From Aliivibrio fischeri ES114 (GTDB lineage: Bacteria; Pseudomonadota; Gammaproteobacteria; Enterobacterales; Vibrionaceae), in the NCBI RefSeq assembly GCF_000011805.1, contig NC_006840.2: 32,000 bases of DNA; one strand, given 5' to 3'. Each line of letters starts with the position of its first letter. The stretch's first letter is position 1. The notes below the pieces were generated by a model. It was not told the DNA's origin. It ran no database searches and saw nothing but the letters and a program-made list of their open reading frames with translations. Of this stretch, positions 9,603 through 19,471 are shown in pieces. Position numbers and translations under genes: made by a program.

Positions 9603-10946
9603 TTAATTCTCTATTTCCTGATAATGAGTTTTCACTCGTGCAATCGATATCAACAACTGCACTAATAACAAAATGCCCGTTACTCCTAAACCAATGCCAA
9701 TCCCTGCCCATATGCCACTTAATCCAAATATTGGCATTAAATACCAAGCAGCAGGTAAGCCACATACCCAGTAACCAATCGCGGTCATTACGGTAGGTAA
9801 GGAGACAATCTTCATTCCTCGTAATAAATTGATTGCCAACAATTGCCACGCGTCAACAACAAAACATAAAGCAACAACCCAGATTACCGAGGTAAGTAAA
9901 GCTGACATATTATTTTCACCATTATCTAACTGGAATAGATCCGCAATACTCTCTGGCCAAATGATAAAGACAGCAGCAATAAATACACTCATTACCGTAA
10001 CCAGTACAAAACTATGTTGTGACGTTTTCTTAATTCCATCCACATTGTTTGCACCAAAATCTCTTCCAACTAAGATTGCAGCAGCTTGCGAGAAACCAAA
10101 GTTAAAGTTCCAAGTAAAGCTCAAACATTGTAATAGGATTTGGTGCAAAGCTAATGAGGCAATACTAATGGTACCCGCCATTAAAGTACCACCATAAATC
10201 AATCCGTGTTCCAATAAGGCTGCAACAGCAATGGGTAATCCCATCACTAATAGAGGTGTAATCAACTTTATCGAGTACTCTTCTAGATTTAACCAAGGAG
10301 CAAACGGTTTGTACTCTTGTTGTTTAAAGACCCAAAGCCCATAACCTAGCATCACCATCAATGCAGCAACAGCGGTGCCTAACCCTAGCCCATACAATCC
10401 CATACCAAGCTGAAAAGTAAGTACATAACTAATAGGAACATTAAGAACAACCGTGATCACGGACATCACCATAATAGAACGAACATTGCCCAATGCGCTT
10501 GTTAAACCACGTAAAACCAACAGTATTAGTGACGGAAACATTGCCCACTTTAAAGCATCAACGTATTCCATCGCCAATGAAATCATTTCTTCTGGTTGTC
10601 CCGCTAAACGCAGCACGTTTGGAGCATAAGAAAAGGCAAATAATAAAATAACACTCAATATTACAGATAATAAAACCGCACCCTTTATAGCAAGTCTAAT
10701 TTGTTGATTCCCAAATTCAGGTCTCGCCAATCGTTGCCCATAAGCAATAGCAATCAAATTAGCGACGCAACCTACCGTGCTGCTTGCTACGATAAAAATA
10801 AAAAAGTAAACCGATGCCCCCAAGCCACCACCAGCTAATGCCGAAACACTTAATCGTGACATCATCCAAACATCAGTAAGAACTAACGCCATAGAAATCA
10901 ATTGAGAAACAATGAGAGGAAAAGCGAGCGTAAGAATTTTTTTCAT
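9603..10946 (-). CDS. MATE-family multidrug efflux transporter
   Basis: 447 aa with 12 predicted TM segments and a typical MATE N-terminus (LTLAFPLIVSQL..MAL...D). Confidence 0.9.
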   Translation of the reverse strand: MKKILTLAFPLIVSQLISMALVLTDVWMMSRLSVSALAGGGLGASVYFFIFIVASSTVGCVANLIAIAYGQRLARPEFGNQQIRLAIKGAVLLSVILSVILLFAFSYAPNVLRLAGQPEEMISLAMEYVDALKWAMFPSLILLVLRGLTSALGNVRSIMVMSVITVVLNVPISYVLTFQLGMGLYGLGLGTAVAALMVMLGYGLWVFKQQEYKPFAPWLNLEEYSIKLITPLLVMGLPIAVAALLEHGLIYGGTLMAGTISIASLALHQILLQCLSFTWNFNFGFSQAAAILVGRDFGANNVDGIKKTSQHSFVLVTVMSVFIAAVFIIWPESIADLFQLDNGENNMSALLTSVIWVVALCFVVDAWQLLAINLLRGMKIVSLPTVMTAIGYWVCGLPAAWYLMPIFGLSGIWAGIGIGLGVTGILLLVQLLISIARVKTHYQEIEN

Positions 10947-11052
10947 AAAAAAGATAGATTAAATAATTTCACATCACGTTATCGTTTAAAAAAGTAGTAT
11001 TCAATTAATTAATCCGTCAGACTGGCATTCCAAAAACTCATGCGAGAATCTA

Positions 11053-12009
11053 ATGACACCCTATCCAACATTACCTTACTCACATAACGGCTTTAAAGCT
11101 TTTGAATCTGTTGCAAGGTTGATGAGTTTTACCTCAGCGGCAAATGAGCTTAATGTGACTCAAAGTGCAGTCAGCCGCCAAGTAAAGCAACTTGAAGATG
11201 ATCTCAACGCATCTCTAATCATACGCAAACACCGTTCGATTCAACTGACGACACAAGGTTTAGAACTGTATAAAACGTTACAGGATAACTTTACTTCCCT
11301 CGAATCAGTGATTTCATCTTGGCAAGACCCAAAGCCTAAACGTATTGTTATCAAAGCAGCATTAAGCTTTGCTACCCGTGCTCTCTTACCTAAAATCAAA
11401 GAAATGAATGAGAGATATTCAGATTATGAAATCGTCATCATTCCTTCTTTAGAAGAAGACGAAGCCCTCAATACCACTGATTATGATTTATTGATTTTCC
11501 ATACAAGGTTAAGGAATCATTACGATAATAAATCTAATTTTTCTCTGTTACGTGAAGAATTTATGGCACCGGTTTGTGCAACCAGCATTACTACAAAAGA
11601 CACGGTGTTAGATGATGTTCTTCAATTACCAAGGTTGCATCCTACAGTTGATCATCTCGATTGGATTACTTGGCTAAATAATGAAAAATATGTTCCCCAT
11701 CAAAAAGTGAGAAACACCAGTTTTCACTCATTAGATCTTGCATTAAGTGCGTGTTTGTCAGGTCAAGGCGCAACCGTAACTGATCTCTTATTGATCTTAC
11801 CGGAATTAGAAAGAAACTTTTATTACTGCCCAAGGCACACCACACTTCAACACAGCGCATGGGTATATTATATCCATCAACACACGCATTCTTCAGCGAT
11901 TAACGAGCTTATCGAATGGTTACAGCAAGAGGCAAAACGTGAGATTGAATCATTAAAATGTTTAGCTAAAACGCATCATTGGGGAGGAATTATTAACCAG
12001 ATTAATTAG
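11053..12009 (+). CDS. LysR-family transcriptional regulator (GcvA-like), divergent from the MATE gene
   Basis: N-terminal wHTH (FESVARLMSFTSAANELNVTQSAVSRQVKQLE) plus a LysR substrate-binding domain. It shares a 106-bp divergent intergenic region with the MATE gene. Confidence 0.9.
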   Translation: MTPYPTLPYSHNGFKAFESVARLMSFTSAANELNVTQSAVSRQVKQLEDDLNASLIIRKHRSIQLTTQGLELYKTLQDNFTSLESVISSWQDPKPKRIVIKAALSFATRALLPKIKEMNERYSDYEIVIIPSLEEDEALNTTDYDLLIFHTRLRNHYDNKSNFSLLREEFMAPVCATSITTKDTVLDDVLQLPRLHPTVDHLDWITWLNNEKYVPHQKVRNTSFHSLDLALSACLSGQGATVTDLLLILPELERNFYYCPRHTTLQHSAWVYYIHQHTHSSAINELIEWLQQEAKREIESLKCLAKTHHWGGIINQIN

Positions 12010-12123
12010 GTAGATATTTATTGATAAAAAATAAATTTCAGAATACTCTGTAATGCTGCGTTGTTTTTACCGCACTAACTGATCATCAGTTTTAACATCG
12101 AATTCGATATAAAGGTAAAAAAT

Positions 12124-12921
12124 ATGAAATTCCCTAAAACTCTTCCTGAAACACACAAGGCTCTTCTTTCTACAATTGCTGATTCTTTTTCACAGGACAC
12201 AAGAATCGAAGGTATTGGTGTAAGTGGTTCATATGCATCTGACTCTATGGATAAATACAGTGATTTAGACCTTGTCATTGCTATTTCACCTACTCATTTT
12301 GAAGAAGTGATGTCATCGCGTTTTGAACTAATCAATAAAATAGAAGGAAAAGTCGCAGCTTTCACGGGTGAACATGTCGGAGAACCAAGACTTATCATTG
12401 CCTTGTTTAAACCTCATGCAATACATGTAGATTTTAAATTCGTTTCATTGCCTGATGCGGCAGTGCGAGTCGATGATACAAAAGTGATTTGGGATCGAAG
12501 TGGATTACTCACTAAAGTGTTTGATAACTCTACTCATCAATACCCTCAACCTTCTCCTCAATGGATAGAAGATCGTTTTTGGGTTTGGACTCATTATGCT
12601 GCAACCAAAATTGCGCGAGGCGAATACTTTGAAACTGTCGAATTTCTATCATTTTTAAGAAGTGTTGTTCTTTCACCATTAGCTTTGCAACAAAATGGAT
12701 TAACTCCATCTGGTGTGAGAAAAATAGAGCAACGCTTACCTGAATTTTCTCAACATTTAAAAGAGACCGTTGTTCCGCCTGAAAAAGACGCATTAATTAA
12801 TGCACTTCAATGTTGTATTTCGTTATATCTAAAATTAAGAGAAAACGAAATTGATGTAGATGTACAACTAGAAGCGCAACATCTTGCTCTGCATTATGTA
12901 GACCAAGAATTAATGAAATAA
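12124..12921 (+). CDS. Nucleotidyltransferase-fold protein (KNTase/ANT-like minimal NTase plus helical C-domain)
   Basis: Pol-beta-type NTase signature G-x-GS-x9-10-SD-L-D-L (GIGVSGSYASDSMDKYSDLDLVIA). The size (265 aa) is similar to aminoglycoside or lincosamide nucleotidyltransferases. The substrate cannot be inferred. Confidence 0.65.
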   Translation: MKFPKTLPETHKALLSTIADSFSQDTRIEGIGVSGSYASDSMDKYSDLDLVIAISPTHFEEVMSSRFELINKIEGKVAAFTGEHVGEPRLIIALFKPHAIHVDFKFVSLPDAAVRVDDTKVIWDRSGLLTKVFDNSTHQYPQPSPQWIEDRFWVWTHYAATKIARGEYFETVEFLSFLRSVVLSPLALQQNGLTPSGVRKIEQRLPEFSQHLKETVVPPEKDALINALQCCISLYLKLRENEIDVDVQLEAQHLALHYVDQELMK

Positions 12922-12932
12922 AGTGACAAGTT

Positions 12933-12958
12933 AAAGGGGGATATTTACCCCCTTTTTA
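12933..12958. terminator. Bidirectional rho-independent terminator
   Basis: AAAGGGGG-ATATTTA-CCCCCTTTTT hairpin between convergent genes. Confidence 0.6.
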
Positions 12959-13591
12959 TTACAACTCACTCTCTAGTTGAGTTAAGTAATCACGCATATA
13001 TTGAGTGCGTTTTTCGGCTTCAGCTACCGCAGATGTCGTTTTCATCGTATTCGCTAGTGTTAGCAACTTGGCATAAAAATGATCGATGGTATAAGCCTTA
13101 TCATTCGGCTCTCTATGATAACAAAATGGATCATCAATGGAGTAAAGTGGTGAATTTAATTTTGTACTGACTTGTAGGCAACGAGCGATGCCTATTGCCC
13201 CTAAAGCATCCAACCTATCTGCATCTTGAACGATCTTTGCTTCTAACGTTCTCGTTTCTACTTTAGCACTAAAACTATGAGCGACAATCGCATGGTGTAT
13301 CTCATCATAATACTCTGATGGATAGCCAATCTCCTTTAAAAATACCAACGCTTTATCCGCAGCAAATGCCGAGCTTTGAGAACGATTAGAATGATCTTTC
13401 GCAAAAGAAAAGCAATCATGTAAATAAGCTGCTGGAATAACCACCGCCTCTTTTCCCTTCTCTTCAACACATAAACGCTTTGCCATACTGACAACCCGCA
13501 ATACATGGTTAATATCATGCGCTAAGTCTTGAACCATCTCTTTTTGGATAAAACTCAAAAACTGAGGCTCAAAGTGTTCTATAGATTGCAT
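12959..13591 (-). CDS. HD-domain metal-dependent phosphohydrolase (YedJ-like)
   Basis: H...HD...D pattern (INHVLRV...AAYLHDCF...QDADRLDALGAIG). Confidence 0.85.
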   Translation of the reverse strand: MQSIEHFEPQFLSFIQKEMVQDLAHDINHVLRVVSMAKRLCVEEKGKEAVVIPAAYLHDCFSFAKDHSNRSQSSAFAADKALVFLKEIGYPSEYYDEIHHAIVAHSFSAKVETRTLEAKIVQDADRLDALGAIGIARCLQVSTKLNSPLYSIDDPFCYHREPNDKAYTIDHFYAKLLTLANTMKTTSAVAEAEKRTQYMRDYLTQLESEL

Positions 13592-14247
13592 TGTTGTTTC
13601 TCCAACTTAAGCTCAGCCGATACTTTGGTCACTCGAACTGAAATCGCAATACAAATTAAATAAGGGCTTAAATACCAGAATATCTCTTCAAGTGGGTGCT
13701 TCTTCGTTTCTTGTAGTGTGGTCTCATAAACCTGTTTTTGAGTTTTATAATTATCAAACATACCACGCAACCAAATCACATCGGATTCAATAATGCTTTG
13801 GCTAAACGTAATTGGCGGTAGACTTTCAAATCCAATATTGGGTAAATCATTAAATCGAACAGATTCTAAATATTTTGCTGAATCAAGAAACCAAGAACAC
13901 GATTGTTTTGATACAAGATCATCCTCTACCCCCGTCGCTCCAGAGCACAAATAGCTTTTTAATTGATTAACGGTATAACTATTAATGGATTCTAGGCTGG
14001 TTACTGCTCGTGTGTGTTCAGTTTCAGCCCAATCGGTAGCAACTCTTGAGCGAACCTCTGAGACCGTCCCCATCAACCCAATAGCGGCAACCAAAGGCCA
14101 AAGGTAATCCACTTTCTTCCATTGGATCTTCGTTAAATTTTTACCACACCATAATGGAATATGAAGAAACCCAGTCAGCAGCAATGTCATAAAGAAAAAG
14201 AAAGTCGAATGCGCAAGAATAATCTCACTACTAAAAAAACTATCCAT
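13579..14247 (-). CDS. Hypothetical membrane protein (222 aa)
   Basis: Hydrophobic N- and C-terminal segments. Its 3' end overlaps the HD-domain gene start by 13 nt, so the two are probably co-transcribed. Confidence 0.5.
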   Translation of the reverse strand: MDSFFSSEIILAHSTFFFFMTLLLTGFLHIPLWCGKNLTKIQWKKVDYLWPLVAAIGLMGTVSEVRSRVATDWAETEHTRAVTSLESINSYTVNQLKSYLCSGATGVEDDLVSKQSCSWFLDSAKYLESVRFNDLPNIGFESLPPITFSQSIIESDVIWLRGMFDNYKTQKQVYETTLQETKKHPLEEIFWYLSPYLICIAISVRVTKVSAELKLEKQQCNL

Positions 14248-14285
14248 AACTACCTAAATATGTTCATTTTTCTAAATATACAATC

Positions 14286-14326
14286 CAAAAAATAAGTAAT
14301 GGTGCCAGAATATGACACCATTACTT
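14286..14326 (-). terminator. Rho-independent terminator downstream of the acetyltransferase gene
   Basis: An 11-bp stem, AAGTAATGGTG (14294-14304) with CACCATTACTT (14316-14326), is followed on the minus strand by a T-run. Confidence 0.6.
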
Positions 14327-14392
14327 AAATAAAACTCAGTGATTTAGCCGAAAGTATTTAATTCAAAAAAATCCTTTCGCAAATAGCCCACA

Positions 14393-14938
14393 CTAAACGG
14401 ATTTGATGACTCTACAAGGATTACCCACCGCAACGCTATTATCAGGAATATCTCGGTTAACAACGCTTCCAGCGCCTATCACACAATTATTTCCAATACG
14501 TACACCTGGAAGAACGGATACATTTCCTCCTAGCCATACGTCATTACCAATAGAAATACTCGCCCCGAACTCCGTTTTTTGTCGCTCGATAGGATCAATC
14601 GGATGCGTACCAGTAGAAATCATCACATGTGGCCCAAACAGCACATTGTTTCCAATAGTAACCTTACATACATCCACAATCGTCAAATTATGGTTAGAAT
14701 AAAAATTACTTCCAATTTCAATGTTATAACCATAATCACAAAAGAAATTTGGCTCTATATGTGCTTTGTCCTTTATACACAGCAACTCACTTAAAATGGC
14801 CATTCTTTCATCAAGCTTAGTTGGGTCAGCTAAATTAAATTGGTGGCAAATCGCTTTGGCATTCATACGATCATTTAATAGCGTTTCTTCCCAAGCATCA
14901 TAAGGAAGCCCTGCTAACATTTTCTCTTTTTCAGTCAT
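14393..14938 (-). CDS. Maltose/galactoside O-acetyltransferase (Maa/LacA-type), second paralogue in the window
   Basis: Mac N-terminal motif (MLAGLPYDAW) plus a hexapeptide core ([47 protein letters not shown]). I prefer the ATG at 14938 (GAGG upstream) to the track start at 14992. Confidence 0.85.
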   Translation of the reverse strand: MTEKEKMLAGLPYDAWEETLLNDRMNAKAICHQFNLADPTKLDERMAILSELLCIKDKAHIEPNFFCDYGYNIEIGSNFYSNHNLTIVDVCKVTIGNNVLFGPHVMISTGTHPIDPIERQKTEFGASISIGNDVWLGGNVSVLPGVRIGNNCVIGAGSVVNRDIPDNSVAVGNPCRVIKSV

Positions 14939-15049
14939 TGAAACCTCAATACATAAAACAACTGAGGCTCTTATACCTATCTTCCACCACACATTCTGCT
15001 AGAAAGATCACTAATTTACGCTCTTTACTAAAAGTTTACACAGCCCTCA

Positions 15050-15679
15050 TCAATTTCGGCTAGCGGTAGACAATAAAGCCCCTGCTCCGACAAAAACAGT
15101 TCCGCTTAATTTGTTGAACCATTTAGCACGCCCTTTAACCATTAGCCAACGAGACGATGTAGAACCTAGATACGCATAAAACAGTAACCAAGAAAGCTCT
15201 AATACAATAAATGTACTCGCAAATATCAGGTATTGAGGAACGAGAACCGCAGATGGATCAATAAATTGAGGAAACAGAGCAGTAAAAAACAAAATCGCTT
15301 TAGGGTTACTGGCACCAACAATAAAACCACTTACAAAATGCGCTTTAAATCCTGTTTTAATCTCTGTATTTTCAGCCGTTGATGTATAACTTTCTTGTTT
15401 TGATAAAAAGGCTTTTATTCCCATATAAACGAGGTATGTCGCACCAATCCACTTAATGATTGTAAATACCAATTCAGATGAAGCGATAACAACCCCAAGC
15501 CCAGTAAAAGAAAGTGACAGGATAATAGTGATGGCACTTAAGCTACCTAACGCCGTAAAAAAACCGTGTTTCCATCCATGCGTCACCCCTTTTGTCATGC
15601 ATAATAATGAACTGGGCCCGGGTGAAGCCGTAAGAACCAAGACCGCTAACACATAATAAATCCATATTTCTAACGCCAT
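15050..15679 (-). CDS. LysE/RhtB-family amino-acid exporter
   Basis: 209 aa with six TM segments and the family N-terminus (ASPGPSSLL...). Confidence 0.85.
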   Translation of the reverse strand: MALEIWIYYVLAVLVLTASPGPSSLLCMTKGVTHGWKHGFFTALGSLSAITIILSLSFTGLGVVIASSELVFTIIKWIGATYLVYMGIKAFLSKQESYTSTAENTEIKTGFKAHFVSGFIVGASNPKAILFFTALFPQFIDPSAVLVPQYLIFASTFIVLELSWLLFYAYLGSTSSRWLMVKGRAKWFNKLSGTVFVGAGALLSTASRN

Positions 15680-15872
15680 AATAGAATCTCCTTATTCCAT
15701 TTTTTTATCCATAAAGGATCTATTAAAGCGTATATATGGAATTTTACAAATCACGCATCCCGCTCATCTTGCTTTAACGATTTAGAGATACCCAATAGTC
15801 AGCTAAAACTGATTGCAAATTACGTATAAAAATCTACTATCTAGCCATATTTCAAGTGATAAGGCTCTTTCT

Positions 15873-16331
15873 ATGATTGATCGTATCTATAATGCTTATC
15901 AAGGCGAAGTGTATGGCATTGTTTTTTTTACTTACTTCTCCGAACACTACTCTATGCTCAGCAAAAACGAGTTATGGAACACGTTAATTAACGTTGAGGT
16001 TCTAACAGCACAACTACTAGAACAGACACTCACAAGACATAGCGTCCAGTTTGATATCAAAGATCAAGCGATGTTAGTAAAAGGCGCTTCTGATGCAAAA
16101 AAATGGATTCATTTAGAATGGAATGCATTAGTGAATACGTTGACTCACTGGGTAGAACCTTATGAAGTGAAATACCGAGAATGGGCAGCAGAAGCCACAG
16201 AAGAAATGGAGGCGTTTCAACTCATTGCTGATCATGAAACCGCTATTTATGAGTGTTGGAAAGCAGAGCTTAATCAACAATCAGGATTACCTATTCTGCT
16301 CTCTTTTATTGAAAAATATCGTCAGCGATAA
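15873..16331 (+). CDS. Hypothetical protein (about 152 aa)
   Basis: Open frame. The track start at 15813 is a TTG, and I prefer the ATG at 15873. No family recognised. Confidence 0.45.
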   Translation: MIDRIYNAYQGEVYGIVFFTYFSEHYSMLSKNELWNTLINVEVLTAQLLEQTLTRHSVQFDIKDQAMLVKGASDAKKWIHLEWNALVNTLTHWVEPYEVKYREWAAEATEEMEAFQLIADHETAIYECWKAELNQQSGLPILLSFIEKYRQR

Positions 16332-16348
16332 ATTAGCTAAACGTATTT

Positions 16349-16376
16349 AGGCTTTATCACTCGATAAAGCCTTCTT
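16349..16376. terminator. Hairpin between convergent genes
   Basis: AGGCTTTATC (16349-16358) pairs with GATAAAGCCT (16363-16372). The T-tract is weak. Confidence 0.45.
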
Positions 16377-16380
16377 TACC

Positions 16381-16650
16381 TTACTGATTATTATCCCCTA
16401 ATAGGATATCTGAAAGTTTGCTTCCAATACTAAAACAAGCAATAAGCACAACTGAAATGATTAGTAGAGAAACGACATACCCCATAACAACAGATAAGCC
16501 AAATCCCCATACCACTGAAAACACTAGCCCTTGAAAGGCTTCATACGGCCATTCATAAACGGGAAAATGTGAGCCTCCCGCTAATAACCAGATAATCCCA
16601 GCTAAACCTAGCAAGGACGCCAACAACCCAAATAAAGTTGCTCTTTTCAT
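16381..16650 (-). CDS. Small membrane protein (89 aa)
   Basis: Three hydrophobic helices. No family recognised. Confidence 0.5.
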   Translation of the reverse strand: MKRATLFGLLASLLGLAGIIWLLAGGSHFPVYEWPYEAFQGLVFSVVWGFGLSVVMGYVVSLLIISVVLIACFSIGSKLSDILLGDNNQ

Positions 16651-16803
16651 TTTTCTTTCTCAGCACAAAATCGAAGATACTAATTTACCGCATAACTTCA
16701 AATTATCAGAGCTTTTTAAACGATTTAGATTGATGAGAAAGACACCAAAGCCTACAGTAGAAACGATATATTGATATGTTCAATCGTTGTTTTGGAGAAC
16801 ATC

Positions 16804-17565
16804 ATGAAACTGATCTTAAATGCTGATGATTTTGGTTTATCAGAAAGTGTAAATAACGGCATTGTTGAATGTTTTCAATCAGGCACAGTAAAATCAACAA
16901 CCGTTATGATGAATCAAGACGGCATCGATCATGCCATTCAACTCTATAAACAAGGTTTGGTACCCGACATTGGTTTGCATTTTACGGTGACCGCAGGCAA
17001 ACCCTTATCCAATCCAGAAGATGTGCCTAGCTTAATTGATGAGGATGGATATTTCCTCAATAGACAAACACTCATAACCAAACAGGTTTGCGAAGACGAA
17101 GTCTATTTAGAACTGAATACACAATATCAAGCGGCACTTAATGCAGGCTTTAATATCAATCACATTGATAGCCACCACTTTGCAGGTGTTTACCCGCCAT
17201 TAAAAAATGCGTTTATTCGCTTTGCTAATGACATTAACCTACCCGTGCGTAGAGTTGATAACATCGTTGCAGGTCAAGATACACTGACAGTGCCGACCCC
17301 AGATGCACTTGATATGCGCTTCTTTGATAGTGGCGCAACATTCGAAAATTTAAAAGCCATTCTTTTAGAATACAAACTCATGCACCCTAATGGTATCGTT
17401 GAGTTAATGTGTCATCCAAGCAGTGATAACACAAATGATCTTATTGAATTAAGCAGTTATAGTGAAATGCGCAGTATTGAAAGAAATATTCTAACCTCAC
17501 CTGAGTTATCTCATTGGCTAGAAGAACAAGACATTGAGTGTGTGGGATTTAATTATCTAAATTAA
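16804..17565 (+). CDS. chbG: ChbG/YdjC-family carbohydrate (chitooligosaccharide) deacetylase
   Basis: N-terminal hallmark MKLILNADDFG and the HIDSHHH-type metal site (INHIDSHHF). The ATG at 16804 matches the family N-terminus better than the track start at 16771. Confidence 0.85.
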   Translation: MKLILNADDFGLSESVNNGIVECFQSGTVKSTTVMMNQDGIDHAIQLYKQGLVPDIGLHFTVTAGKPLSNPEDVPSLIDEDGYFLNRQTLITKQVCEDEVYLELNTQYQAALNAGFNINHIDSHHFAGVYPPLKNAFIRFANDINLPVRRVDNIVAGQDTLTVPTPDALDMRFFDSGATFENLKAILLEYKLMHPNGIVELMCHPSSDNTNDLIELSSYSEMRSIERNILTSPELSHWLEEQDIECVGFNYLN

Positions 17566-17572
17566 GCACAAC

Positions 17573-17887
17573 CTAACGATAAAAAACAGCAAGCCACACT
17601 GTCGTCTCATTTGGTGCTGTGGCTTGCACCTTATGTTTTTCGTGCGCTTTAATATTAAGGTAATCCCCTTTATTTAGGGTAACAACACGCCCATCATCAA
17701 ACTCTATAACACCAAAACCAGATAAAACTAACACCCATTCGTTTTCATCTTGATCATACCAACCTTGTTCAGGGGAACTATGTCCATAAGATAAAATCCG
17801 TTCAATACGAATATTGGAGGTAGATAAAATATCTTCAAAGATCTCACTAGGTAACTCGTTTGGTATACCTGTAAACAAATTCGGCAT
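17573..17887 (-). CDS. Cupin-domain protein (104 aa)
   Basis: Cupin beta-barrel pattern (EWVLVLSG...GDYLNI.AHEKH.V). Its start overlaps the upstream stop codon by 1 nt. Confidence 0.7.
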   Translation of the reverse strand: MPNLFTGIPNELPSEIFEDILSTSNIRIERILSYGHSSPEQGWYDQDENEWVLVLSGFGVIEFDDGRVVTLNKGDYLNIKAHEKHKVQATAPNETTVWLAVFYR

Positions 17888-18393
17888 TAATCTTCTCCAA
17901 TTAATTCATGATTCAATTGCGTAGATATCGCTTCAAATTTATCTAGGATCTGTTTATAGCCATATTCTGAAGGCAATTCCCAATCGTGACAGCCTGAAAG
18001 ACTTGGTACCCCGGGCAAAAGCTTAAGTTGTAGCCGAGCTTTGTTGTCTCTCGCCATAAAACGAAAATCATACGCTGAGTAACAATATAAAGGCGTTGTC
18101 GGTGATATTTTCCACTTCACAATCCCTTTGCCAATAAATGACGCGTTAGCACGATCCATTACCCTGATCTCTGTTTGGTGCTGTTCATAATGATTCATCA
18201 AGTACTGGTGGGTTATCTCCCACAATTCATTCTGATTTTTATTCAGATCAGAGTAAGTATACATTTGAGCTTTTACATTAACGGGATCGATCTGCATAGT
18301 TAGTGGATCTGATGAGCTACACCCATTTAAAAACAATACAAAAACAGACATCATAATGTGTCTTTTTAGAATGATTACGCTCTGATTTTTCAC
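17887..18393 (-). CDS. Putative lipoprotein (hypothetical)
   Basis: N-terminal hydrophobic stretch ending in LFLNGC (lipobox-like). The start could be an internal Met (MMSVFVLF). Confidence 0.55.
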   Translation of the reverse strand: MKNQSVIILKRHIMMSVFVLFLNGCSSSDPLTMQIDPVNVKAQMYTYSDLNKNQNELWEITHQYLMNHYEQHQTEIRVMDRANASFIGKGIVKWKISPTTPLYCYSAYDFRFMARDNKARLQLKLLPGVPSLSGCHDWELPSEYGYKQILDKFEAISTQLNHELIGED

Positions 18394-18414
18394 AATAATT
18401 ACTACTCAAATTAA

Positions 18415-18882
18415 TTATAAAATTTGTCTTTCCATTACATAGTTGATTAACTGCTCGCCTCTCACATCAATACATTGAGGTTTAACAACCGTAAAACCAA
18501 AACGCTCATAAAAAGGTTTTGCTGTAATACTGACATGAGAATACACACGAGGCAGTTTTCGCTCTTTTGCAAGCTCAAGAATATGTGTCATTAAAGCACT
18601 ACCAACCCCTTTTCCTTGATGTTGGTAATGACAAAAGAAATGATCTATCAATCCATCGTCTTGCAAGTCTGAATAACCGACAATCACACCGTCTATCTCT
18701 GCAATAAAAGGATTCAACGATTGCATTTTGTTCTTCCAAACATCGGTATCAAAAGATTCAGGAGCCCAAGCAGTCACTTGCTCATTAGAATAATCTTTAC
18801 GATTTACTTTTCGTACCGTATTAAAAAACACATCCCACAAAGCTGATGCATTCTCTTCCTGATATGTTTTGATAACTATCAT
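18415..18882 (-). CDS. GNAT-family N-acetyltransferase
   Basis: Acetyl-CoA motif (YQHQGKGVGSALM). ATGA start/stop overlap with the upstream gene. Confidence 0.85.
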   Translation of the reverse strand: MIVIKTYQEENASALWDVFFNTVRKVNRKDYSNEQVTAWAPESFDTDVWKNKMQSLNPFIAEIDGVIVGYSDLQDDGLIDHFFCHYQHQGKGVGSALMTHILELAKERKLPRVYSHVSITAKPFYERFGFTVVKPQCIDVRGEQLINYVMERQIL

Positions 18883-19418
18883 TGATGGTTATCTTTTATT
18901 AAACCATAAATAGCATGGTCAATAATGCGGCCATTCAAGTTCTCACTGCTGGTGATAATCCCTTCTAATGTCATTCCGAGTCGTTCGCAGACCGCTCGGC
19001 TTGGTTGGTTATCTACCGCAGCAGATATTTGAATCTTATTTAGACCTAGTTCATTAAACGCCATATCAATAAGTTTAGATACACAACGAGTGATGATCCC
19101 TTTTCCTTGAAAATCCTCATTTAACCAATAACCAATTTCTGCCGTTTTCAGGTTTTGATTAATCGAATTAAAACTGATATTCCCAACTAATTCACCCTGA
19201 TAAATCATGCCGCAAACCATGCTTTTTCCTTCAGCATAATCTAATAAAGATTTAGTTATAAAAGAATGGAAGAAAACCTCTGAATCAGCATGTGGTGGCC
19301 AAGCCAACCATTGAGATAGATACGCTCGTTGCCTTGATACAATATCGAAGTACTTAGGCGCAAAAGAAGGTTCAATGAGGGCTAGATTTAATTCGTTATC
19401 CACTTTTAACGTAAACAT
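18879..19418 (-). CDS. GNAT-family N-acetyltransferase (RimJ/RimL-like)
   Basis: 179 aa with a RimJ/L-type pattern (IGYWL...QGKGI.T......AF...L.KI....DN..S). Confidence 0.85.
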   Translation of the reverse strand: MFTLKVDNELNLALIEPSFAPKYFDIVSRQRAYLSQWLAWPPHADSEVFFHSFITKSLLDYAEGKSMVCGMIYQGELVGNISFNSINQNLKTAEIGYWLNEDFQGKGIITRCVSKLIDMAFNELGLNKIQISAAVDNQPSRAVCERLGMTLEGIITSSENLNGRIIDHAIYGLIKDNHQ

Positions 19419-19471
19419 GGTGAGTTACCTTCCATTGGTCTTACTCTCTTTAAGAGATTTCAACATAAAAA

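Noticed and set aside
9565-10197. ORFs 9565-9849 (-) and 9829-10197 (+) overlapping the MATE transporter gene
   Set aside because: They lie out of frame or antisense within a well-supported 12-TM transporter gene, and their translations have no recognisable features.
14403-14794. Plus-strand ORFs (99 aa and 71 aa) antisense to the second Maa-type gene
   Set aside because: These show the same antisense-shadow effect of hexapeptide repeats and have no independent support.
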